DNA of 63,593 nt, filler included, from Chthonomonadaceae bacterium (GTDB taxonomy: Bacteria; Armatimonadota; Chthonomonadetes; Chthonomonadales; Chthonomonadaceae), in NCBI GenBank assembly GCA_035650735.1. It is 5 parts of 5 records of this genome, joined end to end, with 100 filler letters (N's around TTAATTAATTAA, not from the genome) between each part and the next. Parts side by side here need not be neighbours in the genome. Positions count along the whole stretch, not along the records: positions 42,652 to 53,077 come from DASRGZ010000153.1; positions 53,178 to 56,598 come from DASRGZ010000159.1; 3 more parts are not named here. The stretch is one strand, 5' to 3'. A program made the position numbers and the translations under genes. Numbering within the stretch: position 1 is the stretch's first letter; each line of letters starts with the position of its first letter. A model generated the notes under the pieces. It was not told the origin of the DNA. It ran no database searches and was given only the letters and a program-made list of their open reading frames with translations. Positions 45,361 through 55,527 of the stretch are shown here, in pieces.

Positions 45361-47616
45361 CTATCCCAATCGAGCCCTTTGAGAAGGGAGCCAACGGGCC
45401 AGCAGGTCATGGCAGTTTAAGACCTTCTCCGCCAGATCGATGGGCAGGTAGCTGTATTGATTGGACGCCTCAAAGCCAAGGCGCGAGTCCTGCGCTTGCA
45501 GGGCCGCCAGACGACGCGCCAACGCCATTTCCATAGGGAGCACGTTCTCTAATTCGACAAGATGCGGGCGGGCTTCCTCCTCGGTTCTGGCAGAGGCCAG
45601 GGCACGGCGCGCCAGGACAAACCGGGCCTGGTTGGCGACGCTGCGAAAATGGATTGCGGCAGCTTCGGCTACGCCGATCTCCTCCTTGAGAGCCGCTTGC
45701 TCCTCTGCTGTAATGCGCCCCTGTTGGGCCGCAAGGGCGCGCTGCAAATCGGTTATCGCGCGCTCAAAGCCATCGGCGACTTTCTCGAACTGCGCAATGA
45801 AAACTTCGGGCGGGTAGATGGCACGCCAGGAATCCAGGTCATCGTAGGGGAAGCCGACCATGGTGGCCTTGTAGCCAGTCGGCTCACCCCAGAGCAGATT
45901 GGCCGGGCCGACCTGGAGCGGCGCGTTGTAGACCAGGCTGCCATGGTACGGAAACTCGCGGAAGGCCGCACTGAAGCCGCGCCATGCCTCCACGACCGCC
46001 GGAGCCAGCGCCGCCCCAAACCGCGTTTGCGCCACGACCCGCAGGGCTTCCTGTGGGGTCGGCGGCTGTTCCTCACTGCGGCCCATCTCCGCAACGACCT
46101 CCAGATTGGGCGAGGGGTAGCCGCCCAGCGTCCAGCCCAGCATCAGGCCGTCCACCTGCGCGCTGCGGAGGTTGGCCGCGTGCTGCGCAACGTTCTCCAG
46201 GGCCGGGATGTAGGGCACGGTGGAAAGCTCCCAGGTATTCGAAGCCTGGATTTTGGCGAGGGTCTTCAGGCCGCGCTTGCGGGCCAGCTCCCAATGGCGC
46301 AGGGCGCGTGGGCCGGGGCCGATAGCCGAGAGGGAGTACTCCCCGACCGTGCTCTCCACGCCGCCGCGCTGTATCGGCAGGCTCCACTCGCTGACGCTCA
46401 TGAAGGCGGCCTCTGCCGGGAGCCGATGGATGGCCGGCTCCGCCCAATCGTCCGGCCAGCCCCAGTCCCAGACGATCAGCCGCGCCTTGCTGCCCGCGCG
46501 CCGGATACCCTCCTGGAAGAGCGTATTGACTTCCGCCGCCACCTCCGCGCCAGAACGCCGACCGCAGCGCGGGCAGTTGGCCCCGCCGAAGTGGGACCAG
46601 CAATGGGTGAAGTTCTCCGAGGCGGTGATGGTGAAGAAACCTGCCAGTTCGCGGACGGCGCGGCAGAGAGACGCGATGGAGTCGGTAAGATATTCCTGCA
46701 CGGCGGGCTGGCTGGTACAGAGCGCGGCGTGGTCGCCCTCCACCACACCCTTGAGTTCCGGACGTCCCTCGTAGAATGCAAGGGGCATGGCGCGCGGCTC
46801 GTTCAGATAGAGATAGACGCCCATGCCGTGATTGCGCGCCCGCGCCACCAGCGCGCGTAAGTTTTTCAGACGCTGCTCGTAATGCAGGCTGAGATGGGCG
46901 TCCCAGGGAAACGGGGCCAGCCTAAACAGCACCGCCTGCATCCAGACGCCATCCACCCCGGAAGCGGCCAGCCGGGCCAGGTAGCCATCGGGATAGGGAT
47001 CGGCCTGCGTCTCCAGCAGCGGGTCGCCGTAGAGGGCGAAATAGGAGTAGCAGAAGCGCGGGGAGAAGCGGGACGGCGTTGGTTTGGCCTTGCGCTTCCC
47101 CGGCGGACGCGAAAGGCGCTCCACGAAGGTGAAGGGTGGGTCATGCATCGCGCCGACGCCCTCCGGAAACTCCGCCTGCATCCGCGCCGCTATCTCGCGC
47201 TCGCGCTGCCGGGTCCGCGCGTCCGGCGCACGGTAGGTCAGCGGCACGCACTGCGGCTTGAGATTGCCCAGCTTGACGAACAGAAAATCGTCCTCTCGCA
47301 GCGTGTAGGCCATCTCCTCCGGCGTCCAGCCGAGAAGCTGAAGGAGCTGGTCATAAGGCAGGAGATGCCAGTTGCGCCGGATGACGGTCAGATAGGCCCG
47401 TCGGCGCTGCGCGTCTGTCAGACGGGGCGGATCGGGCAGGCCCATCGCCCTGCCCATCTGTAGGATCTCCTCTGGCCTGGCGCCCACAACCTGCGCCAAA
47501 CGCTCTATCGGCACCAGCGGCCAGTTCCGCCAGACAAAGGCGTGCAGACGGTCCGGGAAGTGCGGCAGCGCTACCGGCGCGGGCGCGGAACCCACAGGCA
47601 GATCGGTCATTCGCAT
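45361..47616 (-). CDS. Large hypothetical protein, possibly glycoside-hydrolase-like TIM barrel
   Basis: GAGGAGG RBS before ATG 47616; YLNEP, SEN.T.C and WDWGW motifs. Confidence 0.75.
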   Translation of the reverse strand: MRMTDLPVGSAPAPVALPHFPDRLHAFVWRNWPLVPIERLAQVVGARPEEILQMGRAMGLPDPPRLTDAQRRRAYLTVIRRNWHLLPYDQLLQLLGWTPEEMAYTLREDDFLFVKLGNLKPQCVPLTYRAPDARTRQREREIAARMQAEFPEGVGAMHDPPFTFVERLSRPPGKRKAKPTPSRFSPRFCYSYFALYGDPLLETQADPYPDGYLARLAASGVDGVWMQAVLFRLAPFPWDAHLSLHYEQRLKNLRALVARARNHGMGVYLYLNEPRAMPLAFYEGRPELKGVVEGDHAALCTSQPAVQEYLTDSIASLCRAVRELAGFFTITASENFTHCWSHFGGANCPRCGRRSGAEVAAEVNTLFQEGIRRAGSKARLIVWDWGWPDDWAEPAIHRLPAEAAFMSVSEWSLPIQRGGVESTVGEYSLSAIGPGPRALRHWELARKRGLKTLAKIQASNTWELSTVPYIPALENVAQHAANLRSAQVDGLMLGWTLGGYPSPNLEVVAEMGRSEEQPPTPQEALRVVAQTRFGAALAPAVVEAWRGFSAAFREFPYHGSLVYNAPLQVGPANLLWGEPTGYKATMVGFPYDDLDSWRAIYPPEVFIAQFEKVADGFERAITDLQRALAAQQGRITAEEQAALKEEIGVAEAAAIHFRSVANQARFVLARRALASARTEEEARPHLVELENVLPMEMALARRLAALQAQDSRLGFEASNQYSYLPIDLAEKVLNCHDLLARWLPSQRARLG

Positions 47617-47782
47617 CGGAACGCCTCCTCTGGTATAAGCCAGGATCCTTGCGTTCTGGCCCTCACCCCCTGTCCCCTCTCCCACGCTGCGGGAGAGGGG
47701 AGGATTTAGTCGCCGAAGGGCGACTTTGTGCTTTTGTTGCTGCGGCTTGAGCCGCCCGAAAACCTGGTGGTAAGCCGAGTTC

Positions 47783-48141
47783 CTAATGCCCTCGCGCATC
47801 TTCTCTCCAATGCGGGAAGTCCCGGTGATAGAGGCGGAGAAGGCGCGGGATGTCGTTATTCATCCAGTAGAGCCTGCCATGCCGATGCTTGGTTTCGCCA
47901 GGCTGCAACCCGCCAATGTGAAAATCGGCGTGCATACAGGTAATCACGCCCTGGAAGAGTTCCTGCAGAATGCCTCCAGATACCAGATTTCCACTTTGCC
48001 GCCGGGCAGGCGCGGCGAAAGGACGGCCAGCCGGTTATCCTTCCAATCCAGCAGGATTCCTGTCTCGGCGTGCGCCACGCCGGAGGAAGCCAGCGCCAAC
48101 AGCCCAATACAGAAACCGGAGAGCAGACCGATCATATCCAT
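47783..48141 (-). pseudogene. Disrupted secreted-protein gene
   Basis: GGAGG RBS, signal peptide and ..IWYLEAFCR; a second frame from 47965 gives QELFQGVITCMHADFHIGGLQPGETK..RDFP..stop. Confidence 0.5.
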
Positions 48142-48482
48142 GCGTACCTCCAAAGTTTCGGGCATAGAACGTACCCGTCTCGATGGCGTGCCGCTGCGCC
48201 GGGATGAAAAATACAAGAACGCGCCTGCATAACAGGAGCACAAAAAAACGAGCAAGGCTGCAACTAATCCTGTCGCCGCGCTGTCAAGATAATTTGGTCT
48301 GGCGCAGGCAGGTCCCTCCGACGCCCTTAGCGCCGTCCGATCCGTCTCCTCCCTATCCTGACAACCGCCATACCACTATTCTACTTGGGTCTAATTTCCT
48401 CTCAGCGCCTCCGGCTGCGTGAGGTAGCGCAGAGCGCGCCCCGTATGCTATGCTGGAAGAGCTACTTTCAGAAAGGAAGAGC

Positions 48483-49466
48483 ATGTCCCAGATCGTCGTC
48501 GAGAACCTGGTCAAGACGTTTCGCGTCGCCGAGCGCCAGGCAGGCACCTGGGGCGCAGTGCGCGGCCTGGTACACCGCCGCTACCGCACGGTGCACGCCT
48601 TGAACGGCATCTCGTTTGCGCTGGAGGCCGGCGAACTGGTCGGCTATATCGGGCCGAACGGGGCCGGCAAATCCACGACCGTCAAGACGCTGGCCGGAAT
48701 CCTCGTTCCCGATTCGGGCCGATGCGAAGTGCTGGGGCGCGTGCCCTGGAGGGAGCGCCTCGCCCACGTCCGCCACATCGGCGTCGTCTTTGGGCAGCGC
48801 ACCCAGCTCTGGTGGGATCTGCCCGTCATCGAGTCGTTTGACCTGCTGCGCGACATCTACCGGGTTCCCAAGGCCGACTATGCGCGCACCCGGGAGGAAC
48901 TGATCGCGCTCCTAAACCTCCAGCCGCTCCTCGATGTCCCCGTCCGCCAGCTTAGCCTCGGCCAACGGATGCGGTGCGATCTTGCCGCCTCTCTCCTTCA
49001 TGCTCCGCCGCTGCTGTTTCTGGATGAGCCTACTATCGGCCTGGATGCCGTCTCGAAGCTGGCCGTGCGTGACTTCGTCAAGCGCCTCAACCGTGAGCGG
49101 GGCGTCACCGTCATCCTGACCACGCATGACATGGATGACATTGAGGCGCTCTGTACGCGGGTTATTCTCATCGGGCAGGGTCAGATCCTCTCTGACGGCA
49201 CGCTGGAGGACCTGCGCGGGCGCGTTACGCGGGAGCGCTGGCTGATTGTGGACCTGGTGGACGCCGACGAGCCGGTCTGTGACCCGGACGCCGACGTGCT
49301 GCGCCGCGAGGATCACCGCGTCACCCTGCGCTTCGACCCGGCCTGCGTCTCCTCGGCGGCGCTCATCAGCCGGATCACGGCCCGGCACGCCGTCCGTGAC
49401 CTTTTTGTGCAGAACCCGCCCATCGAAGAGATCATCGCCCGCCTCTATGGAGACTCCTACGCATGA
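48483..49466 (+). CDS. ABC transporter ATP-binding protein
   Basis: GPNGAGKST, LSLGQRMR, FLDEPTIGLD. Confidence 0.94.
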   Translation: MSQIVVENLVKTFRVAERQAGTWGAVRGLVHRRYRTVHALNGISFALEAGELVGYIGPNGAGKSTTVKTLAGILVPDSGRCEVLGRVPWRERLAHVRHIGVVFGQRTQLWWDLPVIESFDLLRDIYRVPKADYARTREELIALLNLQPLLDVPVRQLSLGQRMRCDLAASLLHAPPLLFLDEPTIGLDAVSKLAVRDFVKRLNRERGVTVILTTHDMDDIEALCTRVILIGQGQILSDGTLEDLRGRVTRERWLIVDLVDADEPVCDPDADVLRREDHRVTLRFDPACVSSAALISRITARHAVRDLFVQNPPIEEIIARLYGDSYA

Positions 49467-50254
49467 GCGCCTACATGGCCATCCTCAGTGCCCGGTTCCG
49501 GATGCTGCTCCAGTACCGCGCGGCGGCGTTTGCCGGGTTTGCCACGCAGCTTTTCTGGGGCTTGATCCGCGTCATGATCTTCGAGGCGTTCTATCGCTCC
49601 ACCACGCAGCCCCAGCCCATGCAGTTCAGCCAGGTCGTCACCTATGTCTGGCTCAGCCAGGCGCTTTTGGGGATGATCCCCTGGAACGTGGATTCGGAAG
49701 TGCGCGGCATGATCCGCACCGGCACGGTGGTCTACGAGTTGGCGCGTCCGCTCGACCTCTACGCGCTCTGGTATACGCGGGCCATCGCTCAGCGGTCGGC
49801 ACCGACCGTGCTGCGCGCCATTCCGATGTTTATTGTCGCCGGGCTTTTGTTGGGTATGCAGCCTCCGCCTTCGCCGGCATCCGCCGCCGCCTGGGTCGTG
49901 GCGACCGTAGGCGCGCTGCTTTTGAGCGCGGCGCTCACGACACTGATGACGCTCTCGCTGCTGTGGACGATCTCCGGGGAGGGCATCGTCCGGCTGATGG
50001 CCGCGCTGGTGACCATCTTTTCCGGGCTGGTGCTGCCGCTGCCCCTCTTTCCCAACTGGGCGCAGCCGGTCCTCAATTTTCTGCCCTTCCGGGGGATAAT
50101 TGACGCGCCGCTGCGGGTCTACATGGGCCATATTCCGCCTGCACAGATCGGCGCGGTCCTGGCCCATCAGATCGGCTGGACGCTGGCGCTGGCGTTGCTG
50201 GAACGGGCGCTGCTGGCGCGGGGCACGCGCCGCCTCGTGGTGCAGGGAGGATGA
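49463..50254 (+). CDS. ABC-2 type permease (DUF990-like)
   Basis: LQYRAA N-terminus, about 6 TM, VVQGG C-terminus; ATGA coupling. Confidence 0.88.
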   Translation: MSAYMAILSARFRMLLQYRAAAFAGFATQLFWGLIRVMIFEAFYRSTTQPQPMQFSQVVTYVWLSQALLGMIPWNVDSEVRGMIRTGTVVYELARPLDLYALWYTRAIAQRSAPTVLRAIPMFIVAGLLLGMQPPPSPASAAAWVVATVGALLLSAALTTLMTLSLLWTISGEGIVRLMAALVTIFSGLVLPLPLFPNWAQPVLNFLPFRGIIDAPLRVYMGHIPPAQIGAVLAHQIGWTLALALLERALLARGTRRLVVQGG

Positions 50255-50261
50255 AGCCGGC

Positions 50262-51065
50262 ATGGGAGATGCACTCCGCCTCTATTTCCGCTATCTGGGC
50301 CTGTCGCTGCGCGGCCAGATGCAGTACCGGGCCTCGTTCTGGATGCTGACGCTGGGCCAGATGCTCATCACCGGCATCGAGTTTTTGGGGATCTGGGCGC
50401 TCTTTGACCGCTTCGGCAGCCTGCGCGGCTGGAGTCTGCCGGAGGTCGCGCTGCTCTACGGCATCGTCAACTGCGCCTTCGCGCTGGCCGAGGGAGTCGG
50501 GCGCGGGTTCGACATCTTCCCGGAAATGGTCAAGAGCGGGGACTTCGACCGCCTGCTCTTGCGTCCGCGCAGCACGGCCCTGCAAGTGGCCGGGCTGGAG
50601 ATGCAGCTTATGCGCATCGGACGGCTCGTGCAGGGATTGGCCGTCCTGCTCTGGGCGGCCTCCGCGCTGCACGCCCTCTGGACGCCCGCCCGCGTCGCGC
50701 TCTTGCTTTTTGCCATCTGCGGCGGCGCGTGTCTCTTCTACGGCCTGTTCATCCTGCAGGCCACCCTCTCGTTCTGGACGATTGAGACATTGGAAATCAT
50801 GAACACGGTGACCTACGGCGGCACGGAGACCGCGCAATACCCGATGACCATCTATCGCCCGTGGTTCCGGCTCTTCTTTACCTTTGTCGTTCCGCTGGCC
50901 TGCATGAACTACCTGCCGGCCAACGCCATCCTGGGCCGTTCTCCCCTGCCGGGCCTTCCCCTCTTCGTGCCCTGGGTCGCGCCTGCGGTCGGGATTATCT
51001 TCCTGGCGCTCACCTTGCAGATATGGCGGCTCGGCGTCCGCCACTACCGCTCTACCGGGAATTGA
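50262..51065 (+). CDS. ABC-2 type permease (DUF990-like)
   Basis: QMQYRASF, GDFDRLLLRP, YRSTGN C-terminus. Confidence 0.88.
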   Translation: MGDALRLYFRYLGLSLRGQMQYRASFWMLTLGQMLITGIEFLGIWALFDRFGSLRGWSLPEVALLYGIVNCAFALAEGVGRGFDIFPEMVKSGDFDRLLLRPRSTALQVAGLEMQLMRIGRLVQGLAVLLWAASALHALWTPARVALLLFAICGGACLFYGLFILQATLSFWTIETLEIMNTVTYGGTETAQYPMTIYRPWFRLFFTFVVPLACMNYLPANAILGRSPLPGLPLFVPWVAPAVGIIFLALTLQIWRLGVRHYRSTGN

Positions 51066-51079
51066 CTCAACTGCCCAGT

Positions 51080-51362
51080 TAAGGCCCCCACCCCTTGATC
51101 CCACTGCCAGGGGCGGCAGGGTTACGGCCCCTGCCTCCGCCTGGCGACAGTCGCCGTTGAGATGCGCGACGATGTGCTGCGGAGGACGCGGCCGTTACGG
51201 CCCCTGCCTCCGCCTTGCCACAGCCCTCCGCATTGCTATCCCCAACAACAGGGGAGGGGAGGCCCCCCACTCCTTTCTCCCCTCCCCAAGAACAGGGGAG
51301 CGGAACAGAGAAGCCGGGTCACTCCCTTCCCTAGAAGGGAAGGGGGCCGGGGGGTTAGGTAA
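51080..51362. repeat. Modular intergenic repeat copy (inverted)
   Basis: Two GTTACGGCCCCTGCCTCCGCCT modules plus a CCCTTCC..GGAAGGG palindrome. Confidence 0.8.
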
Positions 51363-51369
51363 GGAGCCG

Positions 51370-52191
51370 TCAGGATTTCGGAGGCGTATAGCGGGTCAAT
51401 TCGTCCAGCATGTCTTCGATGACCAGGGCCGTGGCATCCAGCCAGTCAGCAAGCAGGTATTCACGGCTGCCGATGCGCGAGAGCGGCTGCAGCGCCTCCA
51501 CGTAATCATGCAGGACTTCGGTGCCATCGGCCAGCATCACGAAAAAGCCCGCCTTGCTGCGCACGTGTGCGCTCTCATAATTGATGATATTATACGGATC
51601 AAAAAAGTATCGGCGGTTGGTACGGCGGGGCTCGTCCATCGTGCCAAGCAGGACGGCGTCGGCGTGCAGGTAGGAGGCCAGCTTGCGCACGGCCTCCGCA
51701 TCCGGCAGGGCAAAGCGGGAATCGCGGATGCGCCCTCTGTTCTGGAACAGGCTGGCGGGCGTCAGATTTAACTCTTTGAACGCCTTTGCCAGCTCTGCGG
51801 CCAGCACGACCTCGAAAGGCGTGCGCGCCGCCACGCGCTTGGGAAGCAGAGTCCGGGCATGTTCTTCCAGCTTGCGCAGTTGTTCGGCGTACTCTTTCAG
51901 GCGCGGGTCCGGCTCGGCGGGCTTCCTGGAGGGCGGTTTCGCCCGGTTGGATGCGTCTGCTGGTTTCTCCTCCTGCTCCGGGCCGAAGGCTTTTTCCAGA
52001 GTATCCGTGCCGAAGAAGGGCGGCACAACTACAATGCGTCGAACATGGGCCAGCAGGGTACGTTTCCTCTCGCCAGCCGCATCGGCGTGGGCCGTCTGCG
52101 CGCTCCCAAAGCTCGCCCCACAGAGGGCCAGAGCAAGCCATAAAAGGGCACATTTGAGCCCGCGTTTATCAAGGCCAGCCGTTCTGCTCAT
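51370..52191 (-). CDS. Secreted hypothetical protein
   Basis: GAGGA RBS; signal peptide ending AHA; RIVVVPPF..ADAVLLG pattern. Confidence 0.7.
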   Translation of the reverse strand: MSRTAGLDKRGLKCALLWLALALCGASFGSAQTAHADAAGERKRTLLAHVRRIVVVPPFFGTDTLEKAFGPEQEEKPADASNRAKPPSRKPAEPDPRLKEYAEQLRKLEEHARTLLPKRVAARTPFEVVLAAELAKAFKELNLTPASLFQNRGRIRDSRFALPDAEAVRKLASYLHADAVLLGTMDEPRRTNRRYFFDPYNIINYESAHVRSKAGFFVMLADGTEVLHDYVEALQPLSRIGSREYLLADWLDATALVIEDMLDELTRYTPPKS

Positions 52192-52618
52192 ACTTACTTC
52201 CCTCGCTCCCCGGAAGGCTCCGGTTCACTCTCTTATCCGAGCCCTTTGCAGGCTGCATGCCATTGCCGGAGCGCAAGCGGATTTTTGCCGTGAACTGTGT
52301 AAAAGCACAGTCTCAACTGTGCTTTTCTCCATTTTGCGACCGCCAATTCCCCCGGAAAGGAGCGTGCGAAACCTCCTGGATTCCTACGTCGTTTCACAGC
52401 GAAATGTGCCGATTAAGCCCTTCGCGCTCGCCTGGCAAGTCGGTTATACTATGGCCGTAATCGCATTGCAGGCCGATGCCCCAGCGCAGCCGCAGGAGAC
52501 GGTCGGAATCGGCCTCAAAGGGAGCCTGGCAATCCGGTATCCGATTTCCGGTAAGTCATCCTAGCCTTTTCAAAGCGCAAATCACCACTCTTTTCCACAC
52601 TCAAGGAGGAACGTCGCT

Positions 52619-53041
52619 ATGTATCGCACCTTCTCTCGCAAAGGCCGCAAAGGCTTCACACTCGTCGAACTGCTGGTTGTCGTCCTGATCCTGGCGATCT
52701 TGATGGCCGTCGCCATTCCGGCGTATCTCGCCGCCGTGCGCGAGTCGCGCCGCCGCACCTGCCGCGCCAACATGCAGACCATCGCCCACGCCGAGCAGGC
52801 CTTCCTGATCAAGCATCCTGCCGGTTACGAGCCCAACCTGCAGAACCTGGTAGGCAGCAATCCGGATGGCACGCCCCGTGACCTGCAGGCCATGCCCATC
52901 TGCCCGGAGAACGGCCAGTACAGCGTGGATACCGGTACCAACAACCAGGGGCCGATCACCATTCACTGCACCATCCCGGATCACGACAAGACCGACGATG
53001 GCAACAACACGGGCTATCAGCCTGGCCGCGATGCCTCCTAA
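52619..53041 (+). CDS. Type IV pilin-like protein
   Basis: Class III signal KGFTLVELLVVVLILAILMAVAIP; AAGGAGG RBS; C-terminal Cys pair. Confidence 0.93.
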   Translation: MYRTFSRKGRKGFTLVELLVVVLILAILMAVAIPAYLAAVRESRRRTCRANMQTIAHAEQAFLIKHPAGYEPNLQNLVGSNPDGTPRDLQAMPICPENGQYSVDTGTNNQGPITIHCTIPDHDKTDDGNNTGYQPGRDAS

Positions 53042-53077
53042 TGTCCCTGGTGGTTTCGGCCCTTCCGCCTTCGTCTG

Positions 53078-53177
53078 NNNNNNNNNNNNNNNNNNNNNNN
53101 NNNNNNNNNNNNNNNNNNNNNTTAATTAATTAANNNNNNNNNNNNNNNNNNNNNNNNNNNNNNNNNNNNNNNNNNNN
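53078..53177. other. Artificial contig linker
   Basis: N-run containing TTAATTAATTAA. Confidence 0.98.
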
Positions 53178-53179
53178 AG

Positions 53180-54553
53180 ATGACCGAGGGAGGGCTGGGA
53201 GCCAGCTTCTTCAGCAACCGGCTGATGTGGGCCGGGTTTGCGATAGCGGCCGGGTTGAACCTCTGGAACGGGATTGCCTTTCTCTATCCTTCCCTGCCCT
53301 CCCTACCCCTGGGCATCACCGACCTGAAGCCCTATTTCACGACCAAGCCCTGGAGCGGCATTGATTGGCTGCCGGTCACGCTCTATCCCCTGGCCATTGG
53401 GTTAAGCTATCTGCTGCCTCTGGATCTCTTGTTCTCCTGCTGGTTCTTCCTCCTCTTCTGGAAGGCGCAGATGGTGGTCTCCACGGCGATGGCCTGGGAC
53501 GCCACGCCGGATTTTCCCTTCATCAAAGAGCAGGGGTTCGGCTCGATTCTGGGCCTGTTCGTCTTCTATCTATGGACGGGCCGCCGTTACTATCGGGAAA
53601 TCGGGCGCCGGGTCTTTAGTGCCGGTAAGAGAGAAGCGGAAAGCGGGCAAGGAGGGCGGCAGGTAGGCCAGAAGTCCCCGCCTCCCGTCGAAGGCTTGAG
53701 CGAGCGGGCGGCGCTGGCCGGCCTGATCCTGGGAACGCTGGGGCTGGCAGCTTTTTGCATGGCGGCGGGCGTGGCCTGGTGGGTAGCAGTGGGGTTCCTG
53801 GCTATCTACCTACCGACGATCCTGATCGTGACTCGTATCCGCGCGGAGTTGGGGGCGCCGGTGCATGATTTCCATTTCATGGGGCCGGACACCATGATTC
53901 CCCGTGCTGTCTCCACCAGCGCACTGCGCCAGAGCGATCTGGCTTTCTTCACCTTCATGTTCTCTCTGACTCGCGCCCACCGCAGCGATACCATGCCCGT
54001 CGGCCTGGAAGGATTGCAGATGGCGCGTCTGCGGGCGTTGGAGGCGCGGCGGATGTTCGGGGCGATTATGCTGGCGACAGTGCTCGGGACGCTGAGCGCG
54101 TTCTGGGCCTTTGAGCATCAGGCGTATGTGCTTGGTGCGGCGGCCAAGTTTAACGCGGGCTACAATCACGCGGAGCAGGCATTCGACCGCATGAACGAGT
54201 GGGTGGGCGGCACGCTGGATAGACGCCCCAACCTTCCCGCTGTCACGGCCATAGGCATCGGTTTTCTGACGACCTGGGTGCTGCTCTTCTTCCGGCTGCG
54301 CTACTTCGGCTTCCCGCTCCATCCCATCGGTTACGCCATCTCCTCTTCCTGGTCTATCCACCTGCTCTGGGTGCCCATGCTGATCGCCTGGACGCTCAAA
54401 GGGTTGACAATGCGCTACGGGGGCCTGCGTGCCTACCGCCGGTTCCTGCCCTTCTTCCTGGGATTGATCCTGGGCGATTGCGTGCTGGGCAGCTTCTGGG
54501 GACTGATGAGCCTGCTGCTCAACATGCGCACCTACAACTTCTTCGGAGGCTGA
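53180..54553 (+). CDS. DUF6785/DUF6784-like multi-TM putative peptide transporter (5' end lost in gap)
   Basis: RIRAELG, FPLHPIGY, RYGG..YRR..PFFLGLILG motifs. Confidence 0.75.
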   Translation: MTEGGLGASFFSNRLMWAGFAIAAGLNLWNGIAFLYPSLPSLPLGITDLKPYFTTKPWSGIDWLPVTLYPLAIGLSYLLPLDLLFSCWFFLLFWKAQMVVSTAMAWDATPDFPFIKEQGFGSILGLFVFYLWTGRRYYREIGRRVFSAGKREAESGQGGRQVGQKSPPPVEGLSERAALAGLILGTLGLAAFCMAAGVAWWVAVGFLAIYLPTILIVTRIRAELGAPVHDFHFMGPDTMIPRAVSTSALRQSDLAFFTFMFSLTRAHRSDTMPVGLEGLQMARLRALEARRMFGAIMLATVLGTLSAFWAFEHQAYVLGAAAKFNAGYNHAEQAFDRMNEWVGGTLDRRPNLPAVTAIGIGFLTTWVLLFFRLRYFGFPLHPIGYAISSSWSIHLLWVPMLIAWTLKGLTMRYGGLRAYRRFLPFFLGLILGDCVLGSFWGLMSLLLNMRTYNFFGG

Positions 54554-54568
54554 TGAGAAAGCGGAATT

Positions 54569-54655
54569 AGGGTTCTGAGGGTGCTAAGGGTTCTAAGTAC
54601 CTAGAACCATCAGAACCTTTAGAACCTTTAGAACCTTCAGAAACCTAGAACCCTA
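54569..54655. repeat. Degenerate 9-mer tandem and inverted repeat (AGAACCTTY)
   Basis: agaaccatc agaaccttt agaaccttt agaaccttc preceded by inverted ggttct copies. Confidence 0.75.
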
Positions 54656-54667
54656 CGGAGTAATGAA

Positions 54668-55297
54668 ATGGACGATCAACTCGATCCACTACAGAAGGTA
54701 GAACTGGCGCTGCTGCGCGCCGAACACCAGAAGCGGTTTCAGGTGATGATCGAGTACATCAAGGAGAAGGTCGGCGCGGGCGTGGAGTACCGCAACGCCC
54801 TGGTGCGGGTCGTTCTCTCCGAAAACGGCGCCTACTATGAGTTACTGGATCTGCCGGAAGAGTTCGCCGGCGCGGTCGGCGAGCCGGTAGAGGCGCACTT
54901 TATCACCGAGGATGAGGCCGTGTCCCTGCTGACCCGGACGGTGGAGGCGACCCAGCGCGCCGACCCGGAGAATACGCGCCAGTTCTCCGTGCTGGTACTC
55001 TACACCCGGCGCGGCCTGGTAGATAGACGCAACTGCTATGTCTTTGACTACCGGCCCGAGGATCAGGCGCCGCGCCGCGAGCCGTTGATCATCGGGCAGT
55101 TTCTGCCCGGAGTAATGCCCCTGTTCTATAAGATCAAGCTGGATGCCGAATTCGCCCAGGAGGTCCTGGACATCCCGCGCGGCATTGTCTTTTGCATGGC
55201 AAACGCCGGAGAGCGGCACCTGATGGTGCGCATTCCCTATCAGGGGGATCAGGTAATTGACCTGGGCAACCTGCCCACCTCCCAGACGATCCAGTGA
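54668..55297 (+). CDS. Hypothetical protein
   Basis: GGAG RBS; 209-aa ORF with host-like codon usage. Confidence 0.75.
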   Translation: MDDQLDPLQKVELALLRAEHQKRFQVMIEYIKEKVGAGVEYRNALVRVVLSENGAYYELLDLPEEFAGAVGEPVEAHFITEDEAVSLLTRTVEATQRADPENTRQFSVLVLYTRRGLVDRRNCYVFDYRPEDQAPRREPLIIGQFLPGVMPLFYKIKLDAEFAQEVLDIPRGIVFCMANAGERHLMVRIPYQGDQVIDLGNLPTSQTIQ

Positions 55298-55383
55298 GCG
55301 CGCCCGCCCGCAGCCGAGTTTCCACCCACGGCACGACGCGGCGCAGATCGCAAAAAACGAAACGCGCTTGACGAAAAAGACCA

Positions 55384-55410
55384 TCAAGTTTACCTGCTTT
55401 CTGCCGATAA
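55384..55410 (+). promoter_or_regulatory. sigma28 (FliA)-type promoter
   Basis: TCAAGTTT-N11-GCCGATAA versus consensus TAAAGTTT-N11-GCCGATAA. Confidence 0.8.
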
Positions 55411-55527
55411 ACTACGCGGAATAACGAAGGCGTGCCTTCCCCTACCCGACGCAGGTATCCTGCCGGGAAGCGCCACCCTTCACCTTCGCTACAGCAGCGC
55501 TTTCAAAAGCAGAAAGCAGGGTTTATC

